From: a bacterium
Lineage (GTDB): Bacteria; Zixibacteria; MSB-5A5; WJJR01
Length of the DNA: 64,000 nt
Direction of reading: 5' to 3'
Assembly (NCBI GenBank): GCA_021813505.1
Contig: JAKAKI010000073.1
Location: 45,851 to 109,850 of the forward strand
The notes under the pieces are model-generated. The model saw nothing but the letters and a program-made list of their open reading frames with translations. It was not told where the DNA came from and searched no databases. The position numbers were made by a program, and so were the translations under genes. Within the stretch, counting starts at the first letter, position 1. Every line of letters begins with the position of its first letter. Shown here piece by piece: positions 9,633-18,111 of this stretch.

Positions 9633-12600
9633 ATGAAGTTCAGCGTGCGAACTGTTCTGGCCGGGTCTGCTCTTGCCCTGCTTCTCGCGAACAACGGGCT
9701 CTGCCAGACAGCACCGGCAGCGCCAAAAGACAGTGCCAATCAGAAATGGGATGTCTCCAAACCGCAATTGCCGGCTGACACACTTGAGTTCGACGCGACC
9801 GAGGGAACCTGGATGGCGCTCGATGTCTCCCCCAATGGCCGGGAGATCGTGTTCGACCTGCTGGGCGACATTTACAAGATGCCGATTGAGGGTGGCAACG
9901 CTACGCTGCTGACCGGTGGACTCGCTTATGACGTCCAGCCACGGTTCAGCCCCGACGGCAAGTCGATTCTGTTCACCAGCGACCGGGGCGGGGGCGACAA
10001 CCTGTGGATGATGAATGCCGACGGCAGCAAGCCGGTCCAGATCACCAAGGAAGATTTCCGGCTATTGAACAACGGGGCGTGGCATCCCAGTGGGAAATAC
10101 GTCGTCGCCAAGAAACACTTCACCAGCGAGCGCAGCCTGGGGGCCGGCGAGATGTGGATGTTCAAAGTCCCTGAGGGCGGCGCGGGCGTGCAACTCACCA
10201 AGAAGAAGAATGATCAGCAGGATGCCAACGAGCCTGTCTTCTCGCCGGACGCTCATTATCTCTACTGGTCGGAGGACATGTCGGGCGGGGCGTTCTTCCA
10301 ATACAATAAGGACCCGAATGGGACCATCTTCATGATCCGCCGGCTCGATTTGCAGACCAACGAGATCCGCAATCTGATCGACGTCAACGGCGGCGCCTGC
10401 CGGCCGCAGGTCAGCCCGGATGGCAAAACGATTTCCTTCGTGCGCCGCGTGCGCGGCAAGTCGGTTCTGGCGCTGTTCGATCCTGCCAGTAATGAAGTCC
10501 GGCATCTGTGGAACGGCCTGGAGTTCGATCAGCAGGAAACCTGGACACTTTTTGGGGCGTACCCCGGCTACAGTTGGACGCCCGATGGCAAGAGCATCGT
10601 GATCTGGGCCAAAGGGAAGCTCTGGCGGGTTGATGTCAATTCCGGCACGCCGACCGAGATTCCGTTCAAAGCGCATGTCAAGCAGGCCGTGACCAAGGCG
10701 CTTCGATTCGCGCAGACTGTTGGGCAGCCGACATTCCCGGTCAAGGTGATGCGCTGGCCACAGATTACTCGCGACGGGCGTAGCGTGGTCTTGCAAGCGC
10801 TGGGATATCTGTATCGCCGTTCGCTGACTGATAGTTCTTACACACGGATCACGGCCCAGACCGACCACTATGAATTCGCACCGGCGCTGTCCTCCGACGG
10901 TAAAGAGATCGTGTATGTCACCTGGAACGACACCAGCGGCGGCACCATTCGGATTGTCGGAGCCGACGGCAGCAAGGACCGTGTCCTGGTGTCTGCTCCC
11001 GGCCATTATGTCTCGGCGCATTTCTCGAATGACGGCAAGTGGGTGGTGTACCATCGGGGAATCGGCGATGGCTATCGCGGCCACATCTGGGAAAACGATC
11101 CCGGAATCTACGTCATCTCCACCGACGGCAAAACCCCGTCACGGTTCCTCACCCGCGAGGGGAGCACACCGCGATTCTCGCAGGATGGCAAACGCATCTA
11201 CCTGATTTCCGGCGAAGGCGAAAAGGCCGCGCTGGTCAGCATCGATCTTCTGGGCTCGGATCGCCGGCTCCTGGCGACATCGCAACGCGCCGTCGATTTC
11301 TGCCTCTCCCCTGACGAAAACTTCCTGGCGTTCGAGGAGCTTTGGCAGTCATACGTGGTACCTTTCCCGCACATCAATGTTCCGCTAGAGGTCGCGCCGG
11401 AGATGATGAATCTGCCGGTGAAGAAGCTGTCGACCGACGGCGGTACATACCTCGGCTGGTCGGCCGACAGCAAGACGGTCACCTGGAGTCTGGGACCGGA
11501 TTTCTGGCGGGCGGACATTGAAGCGCTCTACACAAAAGACACAACGTTGGCCGCCGGTGCCAAGACGCCGGATTCGTCAAAGGCGTACAAGCCGGCACTG
11601 GCGCATTTGGGCTGGCAGGAGAAGGCCGATATCCCATCCACTGATCTGTATTTCGTGGGCGCCAGGATTCTTCCCATGAATGACCTGTCAGTGATCGCCG
11701 ATGGTGTCGTGCATGTCAAAGGCAACCGAATCGCCGAGGTCGGCGAACGCGGCAAGATTAATGTGCCGGCGGGTGCCATGGTTTATGACGTGACGGGCAA
11801 AACATTGATGCCGGGATTGATCGATATCCACGCGCACACCGGCTCGAGCAATCAGAGTGTGTATTCCCAGCAAATCTGGGCGTTTCTGGCCAACCTTGCA
11901 TTTGGCGTGACCACCACCCACGATCCCAGCAACAATTCCGAGATGATCTTCGCTGAATCGGAATTGGCGAAAGAGGGCAAACTTCTGGCGCCCCGTGTGT
12001 TCAGCACCGGCACGATTCTCTATGGCGCCGAGGGAAATTTCAAGACTGTGATTAACAAATACGAGGACGCGGTCAGCGCGATTAGACGGACAGCCGCCTG
12101 GGGCGCGTTCAGTGTCAAAAGCTACAATCAGCCACGGCGCGATCAGCGGCAGATGGTCAATAAGGCCGCCTACGAGCAGCGCATCGAGGTGGTGCCCGAG
12201 GGCGGCTCCACGATGAATCACATGATGACGCTGGTTTTGGACGGTATCACGACGCTCGAGCATCCCTTCCCGCAGGCGCAACTCTATGATCCGGAATTGC
12301 GCCTTCTCGGCAGGTTCGGTACCGGGTACACGCCGACTTTGATCGTCGGGTACGGTGGATTGTGGGGAGAGAACTACTGGTATCAGCATGAGAACGTTTG
12401 GGAGAATACCCGGCTCGGAAAATTCGTGCCACGTTACGTGATCGACCCACGCTCTATTCGGCGCACGATGGCGCCCGACTCCGAGTATCACCATTTCGCG
12501 CTCGCCAAGGTGGCCACCGAGATTCTCCACCGCGGAGGAAATGTCGAGCTGGGCGCGCATGGCCAGCTTCAGGGGCTCGGCGCGCACTGGGAGCTTTGGA

Positions 12601-12914
12601 TGCTGCAACAGGGCGGGATGACAAATCACGAAGCGCTTCGCTGCGCCACCTGGATGGGCGCCCGCTGCATCGGGCTCGACAAGGAGCTTGGCAGTATTCA
12701 GCCCGGCTTGCTGGCAGACATGATCGTCATCGATGGTGATCCGCTGACCGACATCAGACAGTCGGAGAATGTGCTTTACACAATGGTCAACGGACGGCTG
12801 TACGACGCCAGGACACTCGAGCAACTTGCGCCCGAGCGCAAGCCGCTGCCCAAAGGAGCCAATCTCGAGGGGGTCCAGGGGGCCGATGTCGGCCACACGT
12901 GTCCTGGGGAGTAG
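9633..12914 (+). CDS. TolB-like beta-propeller / amidohydrolase fusion protein (1093 aa).
   Basis: Signal peptide 'LAGSALALLLANNGLCQ'. PD40-like repeats ('RFSPDGKSILFTSDRGG', 'VSPDGKTISFVRR'). The C-terminal metal-dependent amidohydrolase signature is 'LMPGLIDIHAHTGSS' (HxH) and 'LADMIVIDGDPL'. Confidence 0.75.
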   Translation: MKFSVRTVLAGSALALLLANNGLCQTAPAAPKDSANQKWDVSKPQLPADTLEFDATEGTWMALDVSPNGREIVFDLLGDIYKMPIEGGNATLLTGGLAYDVQPRFSPDGKSILFTSDRGGGDNLWMMNADGSKPVQITKEDFRLLNNGAWHPSGKYVVAKKHFTSERSLGAGEMWMFKVPEGGAGVQLTKKKNDQQDANEPVFSPDAHYLYWSEDMSGGAFFQYNKDPNGTIFMIRRLDLQTNEIRNLIDVNGGACRPQVSPDGKTISFVRRVRGKSVLALFDPASNEVRHLWNGLEFDQQETWTLFGAYPGYSWTPDGKSIVIWAKGKLWRVDVNSGTPTEIPFKAHVKQAVTKALRFAQTVGQPTFPVKVMRWPQITRDGRSVVLQALGYLYRRSLTDSSYTRITAQTDHYEFAPALSSDGKEIVYVTWNDTSGGTIRIVGADGSKDRVLVSAPGHYVSAHFSNDGKWVVYHRGIGDGYRGHIWENDPGIYVISTDGKTPSRFLTREGSTPRFSQDGKRIYLISGEGEKAALVSIDLLGSDRRLLATSQRAVDFCLSPDENFLAFEELWQSYVVPFPHINVPLEVAPEMMNLPVKKLSTDGGTYLGWSADSKTVTWSLGPDFWRADIEALYTKDTTLAAGAKTPDSSKAYKPALAHLGWQEKADIPSTDLYFVGARILPMNDLSVIADGVVHVKGNRIAEVGERGKINVPAGAMVYDVTGKTLMPGLIDIHAHTGSSNQSVYSQQIWAFLANLAFGVTTTHDPSNNSEMIFAESELAKEGKLLAPRVFSTGTILYGAEGNFKTVINKYEDAVSAIRRTAAWGAFSVKSYNQPRRDQRQMVNKAAYEQRIEVVPEGGSTMNHMMTLVLDGITTLEHPFPQAQLYDPELRLLGRFGTGYTPTLIVGYGGLWGENYWYQHENVWENTRLGKFVPRYVIDPRSIRRTMAPDSEYHHFALAKVATEILHRGGNVELGAHGQLQGLGAHWELWMLQQGGMTNHEALRCATWMGARCIGLDKELGSIQPGLLADMIVIDGDPLTDIRQSENVLYTMVNGRLYDARTLEQLAPERKPLPKGANLEGVQGADVGHTCPGE

Positions 12915-12957
12915 GCGGTGCCGTGGGCGAGGCTTGTGGCGTTTTGCACGCGCGCAC

Positions 12958-13080
12958 GCCCTCACCCCCGGCCCCTCTCCCAGAGGGAGAGGGGAGAGAG
13001 ACTCCTCTTTATCACAATTCGTTCGCTTCACGGCAAGCAACTCCCTCTCCCTCTGGGAGAGGGCCGGGGTGAGGGAGCGA
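12958..13080. repeat. Long imperfect palindrome (~120 bp hairpin) directly 3' of the amidohydrolase gene. Likely a terminator or REP-like element.
   Basis: 'cctcacccccggcccctctcccagagggagagg' is mirrored by 'ccctctccctctgggagagggccggggtgaggg'. Confidence 0.6.
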
Positions 13081-13156
13081 GTCTCCACCGGCGCTACTAC
13101 TTGAGACGTATTATATTCGTGACGGATGTACTTCGAATCTGATTTGAGGAGGTGGT

Positions 13157-13639
13157 ATGATGAACGCCCGGCGTTCGGTCATTCTTCTGATCAGTGTGAT
13201 TTGCGTCATCTCGTGTTCGACAACCCGCCGTCCCGGACAGAGTGGTGCTGACTCGGGCGGCCAAAGCAGAACGCATCTGGTCGCGCATCCGCAGGATGTC
13301 GTCTGGTCGGTAGTGCAGGCGTACATGGCCGAACGAAAATGGCCGCTGGCTGAGACCAATCAGGACAAAGGTCTGATTCGCAGTGGCTCTTTCCAGCTCG
13401 ATGCCTCCCGTGATTACGCCCACTGCCGCAGCGGGCGACGCTCGACGGTGTCGCGGTACGAGGCCGAGCTCACGATGGAATTGCGCCGGGTTTCCGCCAA
13501 CGGCACGAACCTCACAGTCAGGAGCCGGATGACCGCCATTTCGGATAACGGCCGCAACTCGGACTGCTATTCCACCGGCGCGCTGGAGGATGAAATGGTA
13601 GCCGGGATTGACAGCCTGGTGGCGGTGTGGCGGAAGTGA
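13157..13639 (+). CDS. Hypothetical lipoprotein (160 aa).
   Basis: Signal peptide/lipobox 'LISVICVISCS'. RBS 'gaggaggtg' upstream. Confidence 0.55.
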   Translation: MMNARRSVILLISVICVISCSTTRRPGQSGADSGGQSRTHLVAHPQDVVWSVVQAYMAERKWPLAETNQDKGLIRSGSFQLDASRDYAHCRSGRRSTVSRYEAELTMELRRVSANGTNLTVRSRMTAISDNGRNSDCYSTGALEDEMVAGIDSLVAVWRK

Positions 13640-13830
13640 ATTCGGCGAATTCTTCGATTCCCACCGGTACGGACGCCCAACAGCCGACCAGCAAGCGGTT
13701 TCGCTCTCAAGCGGTTGTCAATACCTCACACCACCGGGAACAAAAAGCCCGTCGAAATCGTCCTACAGATACGCGACCTATTGCGTCCTCTTAAAGCTGG
13801 AGGGAAGGGTCGCCGGAAGGGGAGTGTCCT

Positions 13831-14790
13831 ATGAGCAATCGACGGCATGCAATGTGGGTTTCAATCATCCTGACCGGAGTGGGCGTGATTTGCGGACTGG
13901 CATTGGTTTCGATGGCAACGAAACCGAAGGAGAATTCTGTGGCTCTCAACAAGCTGACGCCGGAAGAAGAAGCGGTGATCATTCACAAGGGGACGGAACG
14001 GGCCTTTACCGGCAAGTACTATGATTTCAAAGAGAAGGGCACGTACACCTGCAAGCAGTGCGGGGCACCGTTGTATCGCTCCTCCGACAAGTTCGATTCC
14101 GAATGCGGCTGGCCGAGTTTTGACGACGAGATCCCGGGGGCGGTCAAGCGGACGGTCGATGCGGATGGCATGCGCACCGAAATCACCTGCGTGCGTTGCG
14201 GCGCCCATCTGGGACACGTGTTCGAGGGGGAGCATTTCACCGCGAAGAATGTGCGGCATTGCGTGAATTCGATTTCGCTCAATTTCGTTCCGGACAGCGC
14301 GATCGTCAAAACCGAGAAGGCTTATTTCGCCGGCGGTTGCTTCTGGGGCACCGAGTACTTGCTGGAGAAGGCTGAGGGCGTGGTTTCCGCCAAAGTCGGC
14401 TATATGGGCGGACATACAACCAAGCCGACGTACCGCGACGTCTGCGAAGGGAACACGGGACATGCGGAGACGGTCGCAATCGAATTCGATCCGTCCAAGA
14501 CGACCTATGAAAAGCTGGCGCGGCTGTTTTTCGAGATCCACGACCCGACGCAGGCAGATGGCCAGGGACCGGACATCGGCGACCAATACCGTTCGGAAAT
14601 CTTCTATACCGATGACAGCCAGAAGCAAGTGGCCGAGAAACTGATTGGGATTCTGAAGAGCAAGGGCTTGGACGTTTCAACGCAGTTGGCCAAGGCCGGT
14701 CCGTTCTGGGAGGCCGAGAAGTACCACCAGAATTACTACGACCAGAACGGCCATCGGCCGTATTGCCATTCGTATCAAAAGCGGTTTTGA
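13831..14790 (+). CDS. msrAB: Bifunctional peptide-methionine sulfoxide reductase MsrB-MsrA fusion with an N-terminal membrane anchor.
   Basis: MsrB motifs 'CGWPSF' and 'RCGAHLGHVFEGE' with CxxC pairs. MsrA motif 'GGCFWGTEY' and 'GHAETV'. N-terminal TM helix. Confidence 0.9.
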   Translation: MSNRRHAMWVSIILTGVGVICGLALVSMATKPKENSVALNKLTPEEEAVIIHKGTERAFTGKYYDFKEKGTYTCKQCGAPLYRSSDKFDSECGWPSFDDEIPGAVKRTVDADGMRTEITCVRCGAHLGHVFEGEHFTAKNVRHCVNSISLNFVPDSAIVKTEKAYFAGGCFWGTEYLLEKAEGVVSAKVGYMGGHTTKPTYRDVCEGNTGHAETVAIEFDPSKTTYEKLARLFFEIHDPTQADGQGPDIGDQYRSEIFYTDDSQKQVAEKLIGILKSKGLDVSTQLAKAGPFWEAEKYHQNYYDQNGHRPYCHSYQKRF

Positions 14791-14900
14791 CGGATCCAAC
14801 GAGTATCGGTAACAGGTCGAAGGCCGGGCGATTGTGTCCGGCCTTTGGCATACTCGCCTGAATAGGTGGGCAGAGCCAACTCCGTCGAACCGCCAGCCGG

Positions 14901-15245
14901 TCACGCGCCGCGATTGGGTACGATGCAAATGAACTGGAACTCACCGCCGGAATTGTTGCGGAACTGATGCATTGTATTTGGGGGAACGTACGCGTAATCG
15001 CCGGTCGCAAGATTGAATGTCTCTTCTCCGATCGTCAAAGTCCCCTTCCCAGCGATTACGTAGTTCACGTGTTCCCAATCGTGCTGGTGGTGTGGCGTGT
15101 GGCCCCCGGCTTCGATTCGAAACACGCGCAATGAGTGGTCGGGCCAGCCCTGCGCCGGGCCGACTATACTTGCCTTGGTGGTCTTCGTTACTCCGTCCGC
15201 CTGAACATTTTTGTAGGTAATGTCTTTGGATTTGATGACTGGCAT
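14901..15245 (-). CDS. Cupin-domain protein (114 aa).
   Basis: 'HHQHDWEHVNYVIAGKG...GDYAYVPPNTMHQFRN' is the cupin two-His motif pair. ATG at 15245 is preceded by AGGGAGGAA. The longer upstream extension was rejected. Confidence 0.7.
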   Translation of the reverse strand: MPVIKSKDITYKNVQADGVTKTTKASIVGPAQGWPDHSLRVFRIEAGGHTPHHQHDWEHVNYVIAGKGTLTIGEETFNLATGDYAYVPPNTMHQFRNNSGGEFQFICIVPNRGA

Positions 15246-15552
15246 GGCCGATTCCTCCCTTAAGACAACTCTAATATACGTCGGAATCGGGAAATGCGGC
15301 GTCACAAATGCCGGCATCCCCAAGGAGGCGCCGCTCGTCCCAACGGCTAATGTGGCGCGGCCGCCCTCGGCCGCGTGTTCTCCGGCGCGTCAAAATCAAG
15401 AGTCCGCGCTTCGCGCGGCCGCCGCCGAGGGCGGCCGCGCCACATCGCACCCATCACACAGCCGATACCAATCCCGAGTTCAGGGACTTGGAGCCTCTGA
15501 TTTGCGGATGCCTGTTGGACAAATTCCAGCAAGCGCATAGATTCTGGCTGAG

Positions 15553-16785
15553 GTGGCTATGAACAGAGAAAACACGACACGAGTAAAAGGTGATCTTGCG
15601 CGAAAACTCCTTCTGATCTCGATAACTTGCGCGTCATTGTGCGCCAGTGCGAGCGCGCAAATGCCTGCAGATTCGGCTGCTCCCTCTCCCCCGCCGCGCG
15701 CCCTCATCAATCTGACCGCGAATGATTGGGGAATCGTCATCGGGAACGCCCCACGCGTCCATGGGTTGCGATTCAACCTCAGCGACCGCGGAATCGAGCA
15801 GATCGATGGATTGAATGTCACCTTCTGGAAGCCGCGTGAGACGTCACGGGGCGTGATTAATGGGGTTGCGCTCGGTTTGCTCGCACCGGCCGCCCGGCAC
15901 ATCAACGGCATTTCGCTCGGTACGATCGCGACTGTCGGCGAGTCATCCTTGCGCGGCATCAGCGCCGCTGCGATCGCCACCGTCTCGGAAGGTGTGATCC
16001 AGGGTGTCAGCGCGGCGGGAATCGCGGTTATAGGCGAACAACGTGTCACCGGAATCACAGCGGCGGGTATAGCGGTTATTTCCAACGGGAAGCTCATTGG
16101 GGTCTCGGCCTCCGGATTGGCAACAATCGGTCGGACCGGCCTTTGGGGAGTGCATGCAGCGGGGCTTGCCACGGTATCGGAAGGTGATGCGTTCGGAGTC
16201 ACGGCCAGCGGACTGGCGACGGTTTGCGAGGGCGGCCTGCATGGCATCGGCGCCGCCGGGCTGGCGATTGTCACCGAGGGCGCAGTGGACGGCGTTGCCC
16301 TGGCAGGATTGACCACAGTTTGCGATGGCACGATGACGGGCATTGCGATCGCCGGCGGCGTGATTATCACTGAACAGACAATCCGCGGGCTCGCGGTTGG
16401 GGGAATTGCACTGCCGTCACGTGTTGACGATGAGTCCAAACGGTGGTCGCTGCCTGGGATCAAGGCTCGCGAAATCCGGGGACTGGCGGTTCATGGGATG
16501 AACATTCAGGTGAGCCGGCGGGCTTCCGGAATACTGGTTTCCGGCATCCACCTTTCCGGGGATGTCCTGGCCGGAATCGGCGCGGCCCCGGTGATCAGGG
16601 CGGGAGAACTGAAGGGGATCGGAGCCGGGCTGGTGAATCTTGGGGCGCGGCGCCAGACCGGGATCATGGTGGGCCTGCTCAATAGCACGCCAGAACTTCG
16701 GGGAATCCAAGTGGGTCTATTGAATCATGCTGGGAATAATCCGAAGGGCTTCCAGTGGCTGCCGGGGATCAATTTGCACTTTTAA
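15553..16785 (+). CDS. Secreted protein built from ~12 tandem 16-residue Gly/Ala-rich repeats (G[IV]xAAG[IL]A[TV][IV]xEGxxx), ending in Phe.
   Basis: Signal peptide 'ITCASLCASASAQ'. Strict 16-aa periodicity between aa ~130 and ~330. Degenerate 'GIxVGLLN' repeats follow. C-terminal 'INLHF'. Confidence 0.6.
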   Translation: MAMNRENTTRVKGDLARKLLLISITCASLCASASAQMPADSAAPSPPPRALINLTANDWGIVIGNAPRVHGLRFNLSDRGIEQIDGLNVTFWKPRETSRGVINGVALGLLAPAARHINGISLGTIATVGESSLRGISAAAIATVSEGVIQGVSAAGIAVIGEQRVTGITAAGIAVISNGKLIGVSASGLATIGRTGLWGVHAAGLATVSEGDAFGVTASGLATVCEGGLHGIGAAGLAIVTEGAVDGVALAGLTTVCDGTMTGIAIAGGVIITEQTIRGLAVGGIALPSRVDDESKRWSLPGIKAREIRGLAVHGMNIQVSRRASGILVSGIHLSGDVLAGIGAAPVIRAGELKGIGAGLVNLGARRQTGIMVGLLNSTPELRGIQVGLLNHAGNNPKGFQWLPGINLHF

Positions 16786-16916
16786 AGGCATTCGTTAGTC
16801 GAGCTCGCTATCCTCGTGACATTGAGCACGATAGGCCCTTCGGCGAAGACGGCAATAGGCCTGCCGGCGTGGGGAATTGCCGGGGAAAATCTGGCCTAAA
16901 TCGATGATGTTTGCAA

Positions 16917-16944
16917 TTGCGGAAACCTGTCAAAAGCGTATAAT
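16917..16944 (+). promoter_or_regulatory. Putative sigma70-like promoter (TTGCGG, 16-nt spacer, TATAAT) upstream of the DUF1573 gene.
   Basis: A perfect -10 TATAAT lies at 16939-16944 in an unusually AT-rich intergenic patch. RBS 'aaggaagtgg' precedes ATG 16989. Confidence 0.35.
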
Positions 16945-16988
16945 AGCCAAGTTGTGAAGTCGACATTGACCTCAACCAAGGAAGTGGA

Positions 16989-17819
16989 ATGCGATTAAAA
17001 GAATGGTCACTGGTGGCAGCCCTTCTCGCGGGTGTCAGCGCGCCAGCATTGGGCGCAGCGGACAGCACGAAGGCGGCTCCGCCAGCAGGTGCCACGGATA
17101 CCGCGAAGGCGGCACCTATCAGGAAAGCGAAGATTGACGTACCGCAGACAACATTCAACTTTGGGTACGTGCCGCAAAATTCAAGTATCTCGCACGTGTT
17201 CTGGGTCAAAAGTGTCGGTGAGGATACACTCCGAATCACCGACGTGAGGCCTGGGTGAGGATGCACAAAGGCTCCGCTTAAGAAAAAGGAGCTTGCTGTC
17301 GGAGACAGCACTGAAATCGAAATCATCTTCTCGACGGGACATTACAGTTCACGTGTCACGAAGAGCGCCAGCATTGCGTGCAATGCACAGGGGAATCCGC
17401 CGGGGTTGTCATTCCAGGCATGGCCGATTTTCAATCAGGACTCTCTGAAGTTGTTCAAGGTCGAACCGTTCCAGATCGCACTGGATTCGACCAAGCCCGC
17501 GGAGCAGAAGAAGGGCATTGAATTCCAGGTCAACATCAAGAATGTCTCTTCCGAGCCCATGGAGTTCAGCCTGGTATCGGTTCCGACCGAGTTTGTCAAA
17601 GTTGACATGCCGGGCGGACAGATCAAGCCGGGCAAGGAAAAGTCGATCAAGGTCAAGTTTGACAAGAATATCGCCAGTGAAACCTTCACCAAGTCTTTCA
17701 CGATTGAAGCCAACGACGCGGCGAAGACCCGGATTACCGTGCCGGTCACCAAGAACCAGCGCTGGCTCGCACCTGGGGAGCAGCCTCCGGCAACGGGTGC
17801 AAATATCAAGACGAAATAA
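16989..17819 (+). CDS. DUF1573-family secreted protein with a single in-frame TGA (17256-17258) at the position of the first Cys of the paralog's CGC motif. Candidate selenoprotein; alternatively a nonsense pseudogene.
   Basis: ORFs 16989..17258 and 17406..17819 are in the same frame (both mod 3 = 0), with only one stop between them. It aligns end-to-end with paralog 18112..18870: 'DVRPG-TGA-GCTKAPLKKK' versus 'DVRPG-C-GCTKAPLKKK'. A hairpin 'aggctcc...ggagctt' downstream of the TGA is absent from the paralog. Confidence 0.55.
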
Positions 17820-17902
17820 CCATTCGCGGTTCACATTGCTCTATTCGGGCGCATTGTTTCCTGACGGTGCGCCCGTTGCGTTTGGCCCCGTTTATGAAGG
17901 GC

Positions 17903-18020
17903 GTGTTGACGGGCAGACAAGAGTGTCTGCCCCACTCTTGGTCATGGAAGTTTGAGTCTCTCAGTGGCGCCCACTGCCGTCCGCGCGCTCATCTCCAGGT
18001 GCTGCGGTTTTTCACCGCAC
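17903..18020. repeat. MITE-like palindromic element, family B copy 1 (GTGTTGA... terminal inverted repeats).
   Basis: 'gtgttgacgggcagacaagagtgtctgccccactcttggtcatg...ctctcagtggcgc' is the reverse complement of copies at 43175-43312 and 49065-49170. Confidence 0.7.
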
Positions 18021-18111
18021 CCTTCAGCGACATTCAGAAGCCGGTCAAGGCCTGGTGGCCTGCGCTCGTGAGTTCGTATTCAAAAACCTTCATCGAAGGA
18101 GCAGGAAGGCA

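Noticed and set aside
10062-13088. Long minus-strand ORFs (10062..11084, 340 aa; 11688..13088, 466 aa) opposite the amidohydrolase gene.
   Set aside because: They are antisense to a well-supported plus-strand gene with clear domain motifs. High-GC DNA yields long stop-free antisense frames, and these have no motifs. Their Arg/Pro/Ala-rich composition is typical of such artefacts.
15480-16463. Minus-strand 327-aa ORF overlapping the 16-residue-repeat gene.
   Set aside because: It is the antisense frame of a repetitive GC-rich gene. The plus-strand product has a signal peptide and strict periodicity, and the minus product is Pro/Ala/Thr low-complexity.
17256-17258. Reading the TGA in the DUF1573 gene simply as a gene-inactivating nonsense mutation.
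   Set aside because: It is not fully rejected and is kept as the alternative. I favour the Sec reading because the stop aligns exactly to a CGC-motif cysteine in the paralog, the downstream 187 codons remain open and conserved, and a copy-specific hairpin follows. A single A/C substitution or base-call error would produce the same picture and must be excluded.
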